22,389 bases of DNA from Prevotella sp. (GCA_031285625.1 JAITVV010000008.1:1-22389), one strand, 5' to 3'; counted from the stretch's first letter, positions 1 through 9,482 are shown. Numbers and translations: made by a program. The notes: generated by a model not told the origin, from the sequence alone.

Positions 1-179
1 AACTTGGAAAGGTCTACCTGAGGGTTCTCCAGTACAGTATATTCAGGTTTCATAGTCTCAGTTGTTGTTTTTGTTGAATCTGAATCAGTTCCTTTAGTAT
101 CGGCGCTTTTTCCACCACCGCAAGCTATAAATGCTCCTGCGATCATACAGCAACTCAAGCTGTAAATAATTTTTTTCAT
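1..179 (-). CDS. 5' part of a lipoprotein, probable DUF1080 3-keto-disaccharide hydrolase/hydratase (BT2157-like); runs off the window edge
   Basis: Manual translation from ATG at 179: MKKIIYSLSCCMIAGAFIACGGGKSADTKGTDSDSTK..., with lipobox FIA-C and a low-complexity linker. It starts 34 bp downstream of the BT2158-like gene, the position BT2157 occupies in the B. thetaiotaomicron operon. The catalytic domain is outside the window, so the product is inferred from synteny. Confidence 0.7.
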   Translation of the reverse strand, partial: MKKIIYSLSCCMIAGAFIACGGGKSADTKGTDSDSTKTTTETMKPEYTVLENPQVDLSK

Positions 180-213
180 CTTTATTTGGTTTTAGTTTTA
201 ATTAAATAATTAA

Positions 214-1683
214 TTACGGCATATCCGGCAATTTCCAGCCTTGACGATAAGTATGCTTGATCAATTCCTGAGCATATGCTTGCGCATTTACCGGATCTGT
301 CCATGTTTTATCAAATGTCGGGTGACCATCTTTAATCTGGAATCCATCTTTGATGACAGTTCTTATCGTTGCATTTGGATCAATATTTGTAAACTTCATA
401 TTTACTCCATCCCAGTGTAGTTCCTGGTTAAGAGCTTGTAGTCTTACTGCAAGTACACCCATTACCACCATTTCGTTAAATGGTCCGGCCTCGCTAAATG
501 GAGAAGCAGTTTCTACACGGTTTGAGGCAGATTCTTTACATGCACGTACCCAATCCATTTCATGAGATTCTTTTACTTCTCTCATTACTTTCGGAGCATT
601 TGGTGTACGCCCTGATAATAACCAAGGTCTTACTCCGTAACATCCACAGATAAGCGTATCTTTTGTTCCGTGGAAAATTACACCACCACCTTCGTCATTC
701 ATGTCTTTATTAGCAGGGAAGCCTGCAGGACGCATCGGTTTCAACCCTCCATCATACCATGTGACCTTAACCTCAGGCATAGCCACCTTCGGCATATTGT
801 CACGGGCAGGAAATGTAAGTTCTACCATTTGTGCATTCGGAGCACAATCTGTTAATAGTAGAGTAGAACTACCTTGTACTTTTGTAGGATAGCCTAGTCT
901 CAAACCTTTGAATACAGGATGAAGAATATGGCATGCCATATCACCAAGGGCTCCTGTACCGAAATCCCACCATCCACGCCAATTCCAAGGAGTATAAATA
1001 ACATTGTAATCGCGGTATTTAGCAGGTCCTATAAACAGATCCCAGTTAAGGGTGCTTGCCGGTTTTTCTGCTTTTTCAGGGCGGTTAAGTCCTTGTGGCC
1101 AGATAGGGCGATCTGTGAAAGCTTCTACTTTTGTTATTTCACCAATCTCACCATTCCATATCCATTCGCACACTTTACGTACGCCTTCACCTGAAGAACC
1201 CTGGTTACCCATCTGTGTAGCTACTTTATATTTTGCAGCTAACTTGGTTAGCAAACGGGATTCGTAAACTGTGTGAGTAAGTGGCTTTTCACAATAAACG
1301 TGTTTACCCATAGTCATTGCATCTGCTGCAACGATAGCGTGTGTATGGTCAGCAGTTGCAACCATTACTGCATCAGCAGATTTTCCTAATTCATCAAACA
1401 TTTTTCTATAATCATAGAATGTTTTTGCATTAGGATAACGTTTGAACGTATTTGCACTATATTTCCAGTCTACATCGGCTAACCCGATGATATTCTGACT
1501 TTCTAATCCTTTTAATACTCCGGATCCGCGTCCTCCTACACCAACACCCAGTATATTTAGCTTATCGCTAGGCGCTACGTGTCCAAAGTTTGATCCTAAA
1601 ACCGTACTTGGAATAATCGTTAATCCAATGGCGGCTTTGGCTCCTGTTGAAAGAAATTTTCTTCTCGAAATGTCTGATGCCAT
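214..1683 (-). CDS. Gfo/Idh/MocA NAD-dependent oxidoreductase with Tat signal; probable glycoside 3-dehydrogenase (BT2158-like)
   Basis: Twin-arginine motif SRRKFL; Rossmann GVGVGGRG; ATADHTHA; HVYCEKP; WRGWWDFGTGALGDMACH; C-terminus resembling recalled BT2158 (DGHPTFDKTWTDP...GWKLPDMP). Confidence 0.9.
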   Translation of the reverse strand: MASDISRRKFLSTGAKAAIGLTIIPSTVLGSNFGHVAPSDKLNILGVGVGGRGSGVLKGLESQNIIGLADVDWKYSANTFKRYPNAKTFYDYRKMFDELGKSADAVMVATADHTHAIVAADAMTMGKHVYCEKPLTHTVYESRLLTKLAAKYKVATQMGNQGSSGEGVRKVCEWIWNGEIGEITKVEAFTDRPIWPQGLNRPEKAEKPASTLNWDLFIGPAKYRDYNVIYTPWNWRGWWDFGTGALGDMACHILHPVFKGLRLGYPTKVQGSSTLLLTDCAPNAQMVELTFPARDNMPKVAMPEVKVTWYDGGLKPMRPAGFPANKDMNDEGGGVIFHGTKDTLICGCYGVRPWLLSGRTPNAPKVMREVKESHEMDWVRACKESASNRVETASPFSEAGPFNEMVVMGVLAVRLQALNQELHWDGVNMKFTNIDPNATIRTVIKDGFQIKDGHPTFDKTWTDPVNAQAYAQELIKHTYRQGWKLPDMP

Positions 1684-1713
1684 AATTTAAAATTTAGATT
1701 TATTTATAACTAA

Positions 1714-2787
1714 TTATATTTGTTGTAACAAACCATATCCGTCTTTCATGGTTTTTCTTCTATAGAGTATCTTTTCAAGTGTTTTAGTTTCACCAATTAT
1801 AGGTAAATCCTTATTTTTGGCGTCTTCAAGAAATTCCCAGGCATACTCGGAAGAGATAGCTGAATCACGTAGTATAGGCAAATCCGGATGTCTTATACCC
1901 GACTCTATAGAATCTGCAAACAGATTACATAGTATATCAATATTTTTACCTCCGAAAGGTCTTTCTTCACGTATAGTTTGTGTTATACCATGTAGTTCTA
2001 CCACAGCCGTTTTGAAATCGTGCGTCATACGTGCAATCCCCTCAGTTCCTATTATATCGATATAAGAATTGTGCGTTTGTGTTTCTGATAACTGCCCATA
2101 TACATGACCTTGCGTAATATCGAACACAACTCCGTTTTCGAATGTACCATGACATTGAAGCCACCAAGGATCTTTATAATTCCACATTCTAACAGCCTGT
2201 GCATTCCATGTTTTGAAGTTGCAGCTGGTATACCAGCGCGCAATATCTACATAATGCATACCACAATCATGAAATGACGGACCTTCATATTCGTGTCCTT
2301 CTCCAGGAGCCAACCCCGGCGTAAGATGACAAATACGTATAATGGCCAATTCACCGATTTCTCCCTGCTGTATAAAGTCTTTAATTAATTTGTGATACCA
2401 GGCATTACGTAAATAGAGGTTGACTGTCGAAAATAGAGTTGTACTTTCTGCTGCTTTTACAGCACCCCATTCACGAACAACCGTATCGGCAATGGGTTTC
2501 TCTGATATTACATGCTTTCCATGCCGGAATGCCTTTTCGATTTGTTCTTTTCTGGAGTTGGCAAGAGCAAATAATCCTACCACCTGAACGGTCTTATCTT
2601 CAAATATTTCCTGCTCATTTTCTATAATTCTTGATTCGGGGGAAAGTCTTCTGGCTATTTCTCGTGACTTGGGGCTAACATCACATATATAAGCTATATC
2701 CCATCTCCCACTTTTCTGCATTTCCTGAAGATAAAACCTCCCCATTCTTCCAAAGCCGATAAGTCCAACTTTAATTTTATTATCCAT
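1714..2787 (-). CDS. Gfo/Idh/MocA oxidoreductase (BT2159-like), no signal peptide
   Basis: GLIGFGRMG Rossmann motif; HVISEKP; TPGLAPGEGHEYEGPSFHDCGMHYVD, characteristic of recalled BT2159 homologues; 30 bp from the next gene. Confidence 0.9.
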   Translation of the reverse strand: MDNKIKVGLIGFGRMGRFYLQEMQKSGRWDIAYICDVSPKSREIARRLSPESRIIENEQEIFEDKTVQVVGLFALANSRKEQIEKAFRHGKHVISEKPIADTVVREWGAVKAAESTTLFSTVNLYLRNAWYHKLIKDFIQQGEIGELAIIRICHLTPGLAPGEGHEYEGPSFHDCGMHYVDIARWYTSCNFKTWNAQAVRMWNYKDPWWLQCHGTFENGVVFDITQGHVYGQLSETQTHNSYIDIIGTEGIARMTHDFKTAVVELHGITQTIREERPFGGKNIDILCNLFADSIESGIRHPDLPILRDSAISSEYAWEFLEDAKNKDLPIIGETKTLEKILYRRKTMKDGYGLLQQI

Positions 2788-2859
2788 GATATTTACGATT
2801 AAGATTTTCTATGGTAAAAGAGGATCACTAATATTATAAAAGCATCATTTTTAATGATG

Positions 2860-2890
2860 CAAAATCAATGTAAAATCCTTGTAGAACAAA
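2860..2890 (-). promoter_or_regulatory. Possible Bacteroidota sigma-70 promoter for the 3-ketoglycoside operon
   Basis: On the minus strand, TTTG (2890-2887), a 19-nt spacer, then TGATTTTG (2867-2860), one mismatch to TAnnTTTG. It abuts the inverted repeat GCATCATT-ttt-AATGATGC (2842-2860). Confidence 0.4.
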
Positions 2891-3093
2891 ACTAAAGGTA
2901 AATAATATGTGTTCTGAAAAGTAAATGCTATTTTGTAGAATGTTAAAAAAACATACTATTGACAATCAATAGAGTACCGTTACTTAGTAATAAAAAAATG
3001 TAGATGAAATAAAATAGTTTTCTACTAAATATAAAGTATGAAACTATGATATACAGATAGAAGTGGATAATAATTCAGAAAGGAATAAATAGT

Positions 3094-4770
3094 TTAATTT
3101 TTCTTTGAATTTATTGTACCAATTTTCATCACGAGTTGTTCAAAATCATCTCGATTTGTCCCTGCCCGATTCCTCATTTTAGTACGGTAATTATATATGG
3201 TACTCATTGAACATCGTAGAAAACCAGAAATTTTCACATTATCATTAATTCCAAGCCTCAACAAGGCAAAAATACGAAGTTCTCTATTCATTAAATCTTC
3301 AGATTTGAGAGTTATTTGCTCATCATCTGCAAGCAAAGCGTTAAAATCGTCCACAAAAGTAGGATATAAGCTCAAAAAGACCATATCAAAATGCCTGTAT
3401 AAATCCTCCAGTTCACTTTCAACAGCCGAATTGGATTTTAACCGTTTCATCAGATCATCAAATTGCCTGTTGATACCAAGTTTATAGAGGTTTTTCCTAT
3501 AATCTTCCATTTTGTCTATATAGGCAGAACAGAGATTGAAGAACTGTGCAATATATTGCTCCTTAATATGGTTGGATTCCCATAATTCAGTATTTCTTTC
3601 ATTCAGCAAAGCATTTGTTCCTTTAATCTTTTCATTCAGCCCGATCAACTTTTCATTCGTTCCAGATAATTCTTCCTTAACCCTGGATAGCTTTTTCATC
3701 TGTTTATAGACATATATAACTAATAAAATAAGGAATAGTGAAAGTATACTTATCAATACAAGGTATGTCTTTAACTGACTATTTGTCTTTGCTTCCGTTA
3801 CTTGATATGACGCATTAATAATGGAGTAAAATTCAGACATTTCGGCTGTTCTAAACTGTACACCCGAAAATACAGCATCTTCAATGGCAGATTGGGTATA
3901 TTTGAAAGCCTTTGAAATATCGCCATCTTCATAATATATTAGTGCCAGTTGCTGAAAAGATGCATTTTCTTTAATGGAATTTTTAATATCTGCGATGGCA
4001 GACATCGTATAATATTTTTTTTCAAGTTCGGAATTGCCTTTCATGCCATATATCGACCCCAGATAATGAGTAATTAAGGCATATTCGGGACTGTCAATAC
4101 TTTCTGTTTCGAGCAAATCATTAAGTATTTCTGTAGCTTTTTCCGTATTACGTTGCGTTATATATTTGTGTGCAATATTAATCTTATACTGAAAGGAAGA
4201 GGGTTCCAATACACTTAATAAAGAGTCGCGATAAATTTCAACCTGCTGATAATATTTATTTTGATTGCTTACCGCTGCGTAATGTTCATAAAAGCGAGAG
4301 AATGTCTCATAATATTGAGGTAACAGCTCTTTAGGTATATCTTTTGAATTGAGAGTATTCAGTATTTTTTGTGATTCAAGAAATTTACCTGAATAAGAAT
4401 AAGCACTGGCAAGATTAATCTGTGAATTATATTTAAGAACTTCATTTTCTTGTATTTCGGCTATCTGCATGTTTCTTTCTGCATAATGTATTGCAGAATC
4501 AAGCTTAAACTTCTTATATTCATTATATAATTTAAGGTTTATCTCATACTCATATTCTAAAGAAGAACCTTTCTTTTCCAGCAAATTCTTTAAGCTGGTA
4601 ATTTCTCTCCCTTTTTGCTCAGCAAATTGTTCTTTATTGTCGATTATATGATTTAAATAATCAGACATGGATTTTAAATCATCTTTCCCGTTAAGTGAAA
4701 CAGAAAAAACGAAAAAAATAAAAGAAATAATATAGTACTTCTGATAATTGGTTATTTTGCTTTTCATCAT
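3094..4770 (-). CDS. SusR-like membrane-spanning transcriptional regulator (DUF6377, BT2160-like)
   Basis: N-terminal signal/TM segment, TPR-like periplasmic domain, TM helix YLVLISILSLFLILLVIYVY, coiled coil, ESNHIKEQYIAQFFNLCSAYI, and C-terminal HTH ELRIFALLRLGI...STIYNYRTKMRNRA. ATG at 4770 (or 4767) is preferred over the track start at 4827. Confidence 0.88.
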   Translation of the reverse strand: MMKSKITNYQKYYIISFIFFVFSVSLNGKDDLKSMSDYLNHIIDNKEQFAEQKGREITSLKNLLEKKGSSLEYEYEINLKLYNEYKKFKLDSAIHYAERNMQIAEIQENEVLKYNSQINLASAYSYSGKFLESQKILNTLNSKDIPKELLPQYYETFSRFYEHYAAVSNQNKYYQQVEIYRDSLLSVLEPSSFQYKINIAHKYITQRNTEKATEILNDLLETESIDSPEYALITHYLGSIYGMKGNSELEKKYYTMSAIADIKNSIKENASFQQLALIYYEDGDISKAFKYTQSAIEDAVFSGVQFRTAEMSEFYSIINASYQVTEAKTNSQLKTYLVLISILSLFLILLVIYVYKQMKKLSRVKEELSGTNEKLIGLNEKIKGTNALLNERNTELWESNHIKEQYIAQFFNLCSAYIDKMEDYRKNLYKLGINRQFDDLMKRLKSNSAVESELEDLYRHFDMVFLSLYPTFVDDFNALLADDEQITLKSEDLMNRELRIFALLRLGINDNVKISGFLRCSMSTIYNYRTKMRNRAGTNRDDFEQLVMKIGTINSKKN

Positions 4771-4880
4771 TAACTCTTTTTTAAGTAGGTATCTTCTGAT
4801 GTAATGCAAATATAGATAATTAGACACAGAACGAAAATGACATTCGTCAATTTCTATTGATTCATTGACTTAAATCAGAG

Positions 4881-6026
4881 TTATAAAAAACCATCACTTT
4901 TTGACAGAAACCTTTTTCTTAACCACTCTCTTACTGGTAAATCATAAAACCTCATAGACAAATAAGCCACAATAATGGCTATAATAGCGCATAATATGCC
5001 CACATGCCAGCTTTGTTCCAATGTCAGATTATTATTGGTAACCCATGCCATATAAATATATATTATTGGGAAATGTGTTATGTAAATGGGATATGATATA
5101 TCACCCAGAAACTTACATAACCTGGATGCTCTTTTACCTTTTACTTTTCCACCAGCTCCCAACCAAACAATTAATGGAAATATAATCATCAGACAAAAAC
5201 ATTCATATAAGCCATTTATCCATAGATTATCTATACCACCGATATGTGGCACTGATAAGATAAGAACTAACAAGAGGCTTGCTGTAAGAAATGCATTTCT
5301 TGTAAATTTTAGTTTAGCTGTTTGAGCCAAAATCATACCGGCAAGAAATGGAAATGCCAGACGGGTAAAACCAATTCTTAGTTGATGTGGTTCTAGCGAC
5401 CACCCGCCAATAAGATTTCCGTTGGCATTAGTCAATGTATAATGTATTGTGATGCCCGCTGCAATCACAACAAGTAAAGCAAGAATTACTTTGGTAACCC
5501 GTCGCAAGAAAAGAGCATAAACAATGTTTGCAATATATTCATAAAATAAAGACCAGGCTGGACCATTCAATGGATGCATCTCCTCCCACCCACGGATATC
5601 CAACCCTTTACCTACCGGGATTAATGTAAACCCTATTACCATTACCACAAGCATTTTCCACACCGGAACCTCATGTATACCACCCCAACCCAAACCAGCT
5701 GAGTCCTGAAAATAAAATAAAACAGCGCCAATAATCATACCGATAATAATCATGGGATGAAGGCGAATAATTCTCCTCTTAAAAAAATCTTTTAATGTCA
5801 TTCTCTCCCAACGGTCATCATAGGCATATGAAATAACAAAACCCGAAAGCATAAAGAAAAAATCAACTGCCAGATAACCGTGATTTATGATTTGTTTCGA
5901 ATGGTCTCCATGTGAATGAACTTCAAAGATGTGAAAAAGGACTACCAGAAGTGCCGCAACGCCACGCAAACCGTCCAAAATTTCGTAATGAGGCTTGGAG
6001 GTCATTAAATCAGAAGATTGTTTCAT
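4881..6026 (-). CDS. Acyltransferase family 3 (integral membrane O-acyltransferase)
   Basis: LDGLRGVAA..VVLFH, GYLAVDFFFMLSGFVI, FFKRRIIRLHP, WSLFYEY and LGDISYPIYITHFP motifs; about 10 hydrophobic segments. Confidence 0.9.
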   Translation of the reverse strand: MKQSSDLMTSKPHYEILDGLRGVAALLVVLFHIFEVHSHGDHSKQIINHGYLAVDFFFMLSGFVISYAYDDRWERMTLKDFFKRRIIRLHPMIIIGMIIGAVLFYFQDSAGLGWGGIHEVPVWKMLVVMVIGFTLIPVGKGLDIRGWEEMHPLNGPAWSLFYEYIANIVYALFLRRVTKVILALLVVIAAGITIHYTLTNANGNLIGGWSLEPHQLRIGFTRLAFPFLAGMILAQTAKLKFTRNAFLTASLLLVLILSVPHIGGIDNLWINGLYECFCLMIIFPLIVWLGAGGKVKGKRASRLCKFLGDISYPIYITHFPIIYIYMAWVTNNNLTLEQSWHVGILCAIIAIIVAYLSMRFYDLPVREWLRKRFLSKSDGFL

Positions 6027-6081
6027 TTTATATCAGTATATACCGCTTTATAAATATATATATGTATGGATTTATTGGATA

Positions 6082-6160
6082 CAAAAGTAACAGTAATAAT
6101 ATAATCCACGTTGTTCTATTTTTATATTCTTTTGTCCTATATTTGCAAAATATACTTTTG
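6082..6160. promoter_or_regulatory. Divergent promoter region for acyltransferase and AraC
   Basis: TAnnTTTG -7 boxes: minus strand TACTTTTG (6089-6082); plus strand TATATTTG (6138-6145) and TACTTTTG (6153-6160). Confidence 0.45.
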
Positions 6161-6171
6161 ATTATAAAAAA

Positions 6172-7026
6172 ATGTTTAATAATATAAAATATAGTCATAA
6201 TCCAAGGGCAAAAGACAGGTCTTTTCTATTTGACCATGTTCACATCTACTGGAACGAACAGATAACAATGCATCAACAAAATACATGGGAATTATCTTAC
6301 GTTATATCCGGAAAAGGGATGCGGGTTATAGGTGATAATATCGAACCATTCCATGCCGGTGAAATCATTCTCATTCCCCCTAATATTCCACATTATTGGT
6401 CTTTCGAAGAATCGACATGTGACAAGGATGGCAAAATTGAAAATATCACTCTTGTTTTCCAGACAGAGCTTCTAGAGGGTTTGAAAAACGTATTCTCAGA
6501 ATTAGACGATCTTATCACTTCAATACTTAGTTATCAAAACGCTATATCATTGGGAGGCAATACTTTACTAAAAGTAAAAAACATTTTGATACAAATGAAA
6601 GATTGTGGTGAAATTGACAGAATATCTTTACTAATCAAAATGCTGGCATATATTTCTTCGCCAGAAATAGCCAATACAGTGGGCTGTCCTGTAACCGAAG
6701 ACAAAAAGAATAAGAGATTACATAAAATATACCTCTATATAATGGATCATTACCAGTATCCCATTTCTTTAAAAGAAATAGCAAGTCATGTGAATATGGA
6801 AAAAACCGCCTTCTGTATATTTTTCAAAAAAATGACAGGCAAAACTTTTGTTGATTTTATGCTCGATTACAGGATAAATGTCGCCTGTGAATTATTGGCT
6901 AAAACAGACAAAAATATTGCAGAAATATGTCTGGCTTCAGGCTTTCGGGATGTTCCATATTTTAACCGCGTTTTTAAACGGCTTAAAAACACAACACCAG
7001 GTAAATTCAGAGAACAAGTTGCATAA
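6172..7026 (+). CDS. AraC family transcriptional regulator (cupin + HTH)
   Basis: Cupin-like MHQQNTWELSYVISGKG...IPPNIPHYW; C-terminal double HTH IAEICLASGFRDVPYFNRVFKRLKNTTPGKFR. Confidence 0.92.
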   Translation: MFNNIKYSHNPRAKDRSFLFDHVHIYWNEQITMHQQNTWELSYVISGKGMRVIGDNIEPFHAGEIILIPPNIPHYWSFEESTCDKDGKIENITLVFQTELLEGLKNVFSELDDLITSILSYQNAISLGGNTLLKVKNILIQMKDCGEIDRISLLIKMLAYISSPEIANTVGCPVTEDKKNKRLHKIYLYIMDHYQYPISLKEIASHVNMEKTAFCIFFKKMTGKTFVDFMLDYRINVACELLAKTDKNIAEICLASGFRDVPYFNRVFKRLKNTTPGKFREQVA

Positions 7027-7054
7027 TCCCTTTTTGACCTTTATATTTATACCA

Positions 7055-7903
7055 ATGAAAACTATTCCTACCCGAAAAAGCTCGGAACACTTTCCAGGAG
7101 CAGTTGCACGGATGCGGTATTTCTCCGAAGAAAATCCACATCAGACACCTCCTGATCTTCATGCCCACAGAGACGAATACTATATCTTCCTATTAATTGA
7201 AGAAGGTGGCGGAAAGCTGGTGATTGATTTCGAGGAACGGGAGATAACAGGGAAAAGTATTCTTTGTATTCTACCGGGGCAGGTTCATCTTCCAGAAAAT
7301 GATATCCGTGGAAGTGGATGGTTTCTGGCGGTTGACAGCATGGTAGTAAGGGATGAATATAAAAAGATATTTGAGAAGTCCGTTCCTGCCGGAAATAGCA
7401 TAAAACCGGAAAAAGCTATAATGAACGATTTAAGATCCTGTGCTTCTATTATTTATAATCGGCTTAAATCGGACAATGAAAATACCCGACAGTATATTCT
7501 TCAGGATTTACTCTCGTCCTATATTGGGATGATTGCCGAAACCTATCAGGAAAAGTTTCCTACGACAATAAGCAACCGGCTAACTGTTATTACACATGAA
7601 TTCAAGTCTTTATTGGCAGCTAATTATCGTTCCATGAAGCGACCCGCACAGTATGCTGCGGCAATGAATATTTCTCCGGTGTATTTGTATGAGGTGATTA
7701 AGCAAGCTACCGGACAAAGTGTGGGGGATTATATCCGTAATGAAATTGTTATACAGGCTAAACGTTTATTATTCTATACCCACATGAGCATAAAAGAGAT
7801 CGCCTTAGAATTGGGATATGAGGACTGGGCATATTTTACCCGCTTGTTTACCAAGGTTTCCAAACTATCGCCTACACAATTCAGAAACAAATACCTTAAA
7901 TAA
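7055..7903 (+). CDS. AraC family transcriptional regulator
   Basis: HAHRDEYY cupin, ILPGQVH; HTH SIKEIALELGYEDWAYFTRLFTKVSKLSPTQFR. ATG at 7055 avoids the 149-bp overlap implied by the track start at 6878. Confidence 0.9.
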   Translation: MKTIPTRKSSEHFPGAVARMRYFSEENPHQTPPDLHAHRDEYYIFLLIEEGGGKLVIDFEEREITGKSILCILPGQVHLPENDIRGSGWFLAVDSMVVRDEYKKIFEKSVPAGNSIKPEKAIMNDLRSCASIIYNRLKSDNENTRQYILQDLLSSYIGMIAETYQEKFPTTISNRLTVITHEFKSLLAANYRSMKRPAQYAAAMNISPVYLYEVIKQATGQSVGDYIRNEIVIQAKRLLFYTHMSIKEIALELGYEDWAYFTRLFTKVSKLSPTQFRNKYLK

Positions 7904-7991
7904 TCCAAGCCTCACCTCTTTTTCTCCATTTCAGGTATCTGTTCTTTAGGCTTACTTTGCATCAGATATTAATTATTAAAAATTGAAAAGG

Positions 7992-8327
7992 ATGGAAGTA
8001 TCACAAAGAAAATCATTCAGCCGGCGAAAGTTTGTATCTGTCAGTCTCTTTCTCGCATTGGCAATATTGGTGATCACAGGAATATTAATTCAGATATTTG
8101 AAAATTTTGAGGAGGGGTTCTCTATCCATTTCTTCACGGCTGTGCATGTCTTGACTGGGTTGGTTTTTGCCGTTTTATCCATTCTCCATACCACAACAAA
8201 CTGGAAGTCGCTGAAATCGTATCTAAATATAAAAGGAGCTGGTATAAGCAGTGAAGCCATCTGGGCTTTTGGGATTACTACAATTCTTATCAGTATAGGA
8301 GGACTCCTTGCCTATACTTTTTTTTAG
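7992..8327 (+). CDS. Small three-TM membrane protein, DUF4405-like (possible haem-binding)
   Basis: ITGIL...HFFTAVHVLTGLVFAVLSILHTTTNWKSLK: paired TM histidines and HxxxNW are typical of DUF4405. ATG at 7992; TTG at 7983 is the alternative start. Confidence 0.7.
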   Translation: MEVSQRKSFSRRKFVSVSLFLALAILVITGILIQIFENFEEGFSIHFFTAVHVLTGLVFAVLSILHTTTNWKSLKSYLNIKGAGISSEAIWAFGITTILISIGGLLAYTFF

Positions 8328-8366
8328 GTATTATCATTGCAAAGGCTCAAGAAAATAAATCCATTA

Positions 8367-9458
8367 CTAGATAAATACGCTTGACTCACGAGGAATAATT
8401 AATCCGGGCAGATTTGCCATTATCGGTATTGCTTTCCTGTCTTTGAGCCTCCTCATCATTAGGTCGATGCTAACACTTGTTATATCCACACAAGGCTGCT
8501 CAAATGATGTTAGTGAACATTTAAGATGAGTGGAATATTTCATATTGTCGTACCCGCATATTAATATATCCGACGAAATCTTTACTCCTATAGCGTCTAA
8601 AGTCGACATTAAGACAGCTGCTGTCGAATCATTAGCACAAACAATTCCTGTTTTCCCTTTTACAAACTTAATTTTTTTTACAAATTCTATATTTGAAGGA
8701 TCTCCGCAATAGATATTGGAATTGTCGAATATAAGATTATTCTCTAATACAACATTTCTAACTCCAGAAATACGCATATCTACAGACCATGCAGAATCAG
8801 GCCTATAGAAAAAAATGATTTTCTCGCACCCTGCATCTATCATATGCTGTCCCATTATACTGCCTGCATTGAAGTTGTCGATACCAACAACATCATATTC
8901 GCTTCTTTCTGGTGCTTTTATAATGTCCCGGTCAATTAAAACCAAAGGGATATTTGCATCTGTTATTTTTTTACATATCTCAATATTAATTTCGTTAGCA
9001 CGAGGTACCCTTTCCAGTGGAGCAAAAAATATTCCATCCACATTATTTTTTATGTAATTATCACAACAAGTCTCAATCCTGTTTCTTCTGATATCGGCAT
9101 CACTGGCAGTAGCGCCTTCCCATAAGCAGTTAAACTCTCCTTCTTCTGATTTTTTTTGAAATTGATCATTAATAATGGCAAATATTTCCGATTCGCCAGC
9201 GCCAGGTAATAATAGCCCAAAAGTATAAATCTTATTATTTGCTTTATAAGTTACGATAGTACCCAACCCTTTTTTCTTAACCAGGTATCCCTCATGTTGA
9301 AGTTGATTATAAACTTTAGCTATGGTAGGTCGTGATACTGAATATTTATCTGCAAGACTTTGTTCAGTAGGTAACATCGAACCATTCGGAAAGACTTCTT
9401 TTTGAATGTCTTGTTTGATAATATCATAAATGGATTTATAATTGGCTTTTATTTCCAT
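8367..9458 (-). CDS. GntR winged-HTH + LacI-type sugar-binding domain repressor (AraR-like)
   Basis: LPTEQSLADKYSVSRPTIAKVYNQLQHEGYLVKKKGLGTIV (GntR HTH); VDGIFFAP, IPLVLIDR, VGIDNFNAG, CANDSTA, GYDN, LTSFEQP, LIIPRES (LacI effector domain). ATG at 9458 lies downstream of a -7 box at 9490-9483, which overlaps the track's TTG start. Confidence 0.9.
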   Translation of the reverse strand: MEIKANYKSIYDIIKQDIQKEVFPNGSMLPTEQSLADKYSVSRPTIAKVYNQLQHEGYLVKKKGLGTIVTYKANNKIYTFGLLLPGAGESEIFAIINDQFQKKSEEGEFNCLWEGATASDADIRRNRIETCCDNYIKNNVDGIFFAPLERVPRANEINIEICKKITDANIPLVLIDRDIIKAPERSEYDVVGIDNFNAGSIMGQHMIDAGCEKIIFFYRPDSAWSVDMRISGVRNVVLENNLIFDNSNIYCGDPSNIEFVKKIKFVKGKTGIVCANDSTAAVLMSTLDAIGVKISSDILICGYDNMKYSTHLKCSLTSFEQPCVDITSVSIDLMMRRLKDRKAIPIMANLPGLIIPRESSVFI

Positions 9459-9482
9459 TGCTCTATAAACTTTTCGTTTGTA

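Noticed and set aside
6878-7054. N-terminal extension of the second AraC overlapping the first
   Set aside because: ATG at 7055 gives a normal 282-aa AraC with an AT-rich upstream region; there is no evidence for a frameshift fusion.
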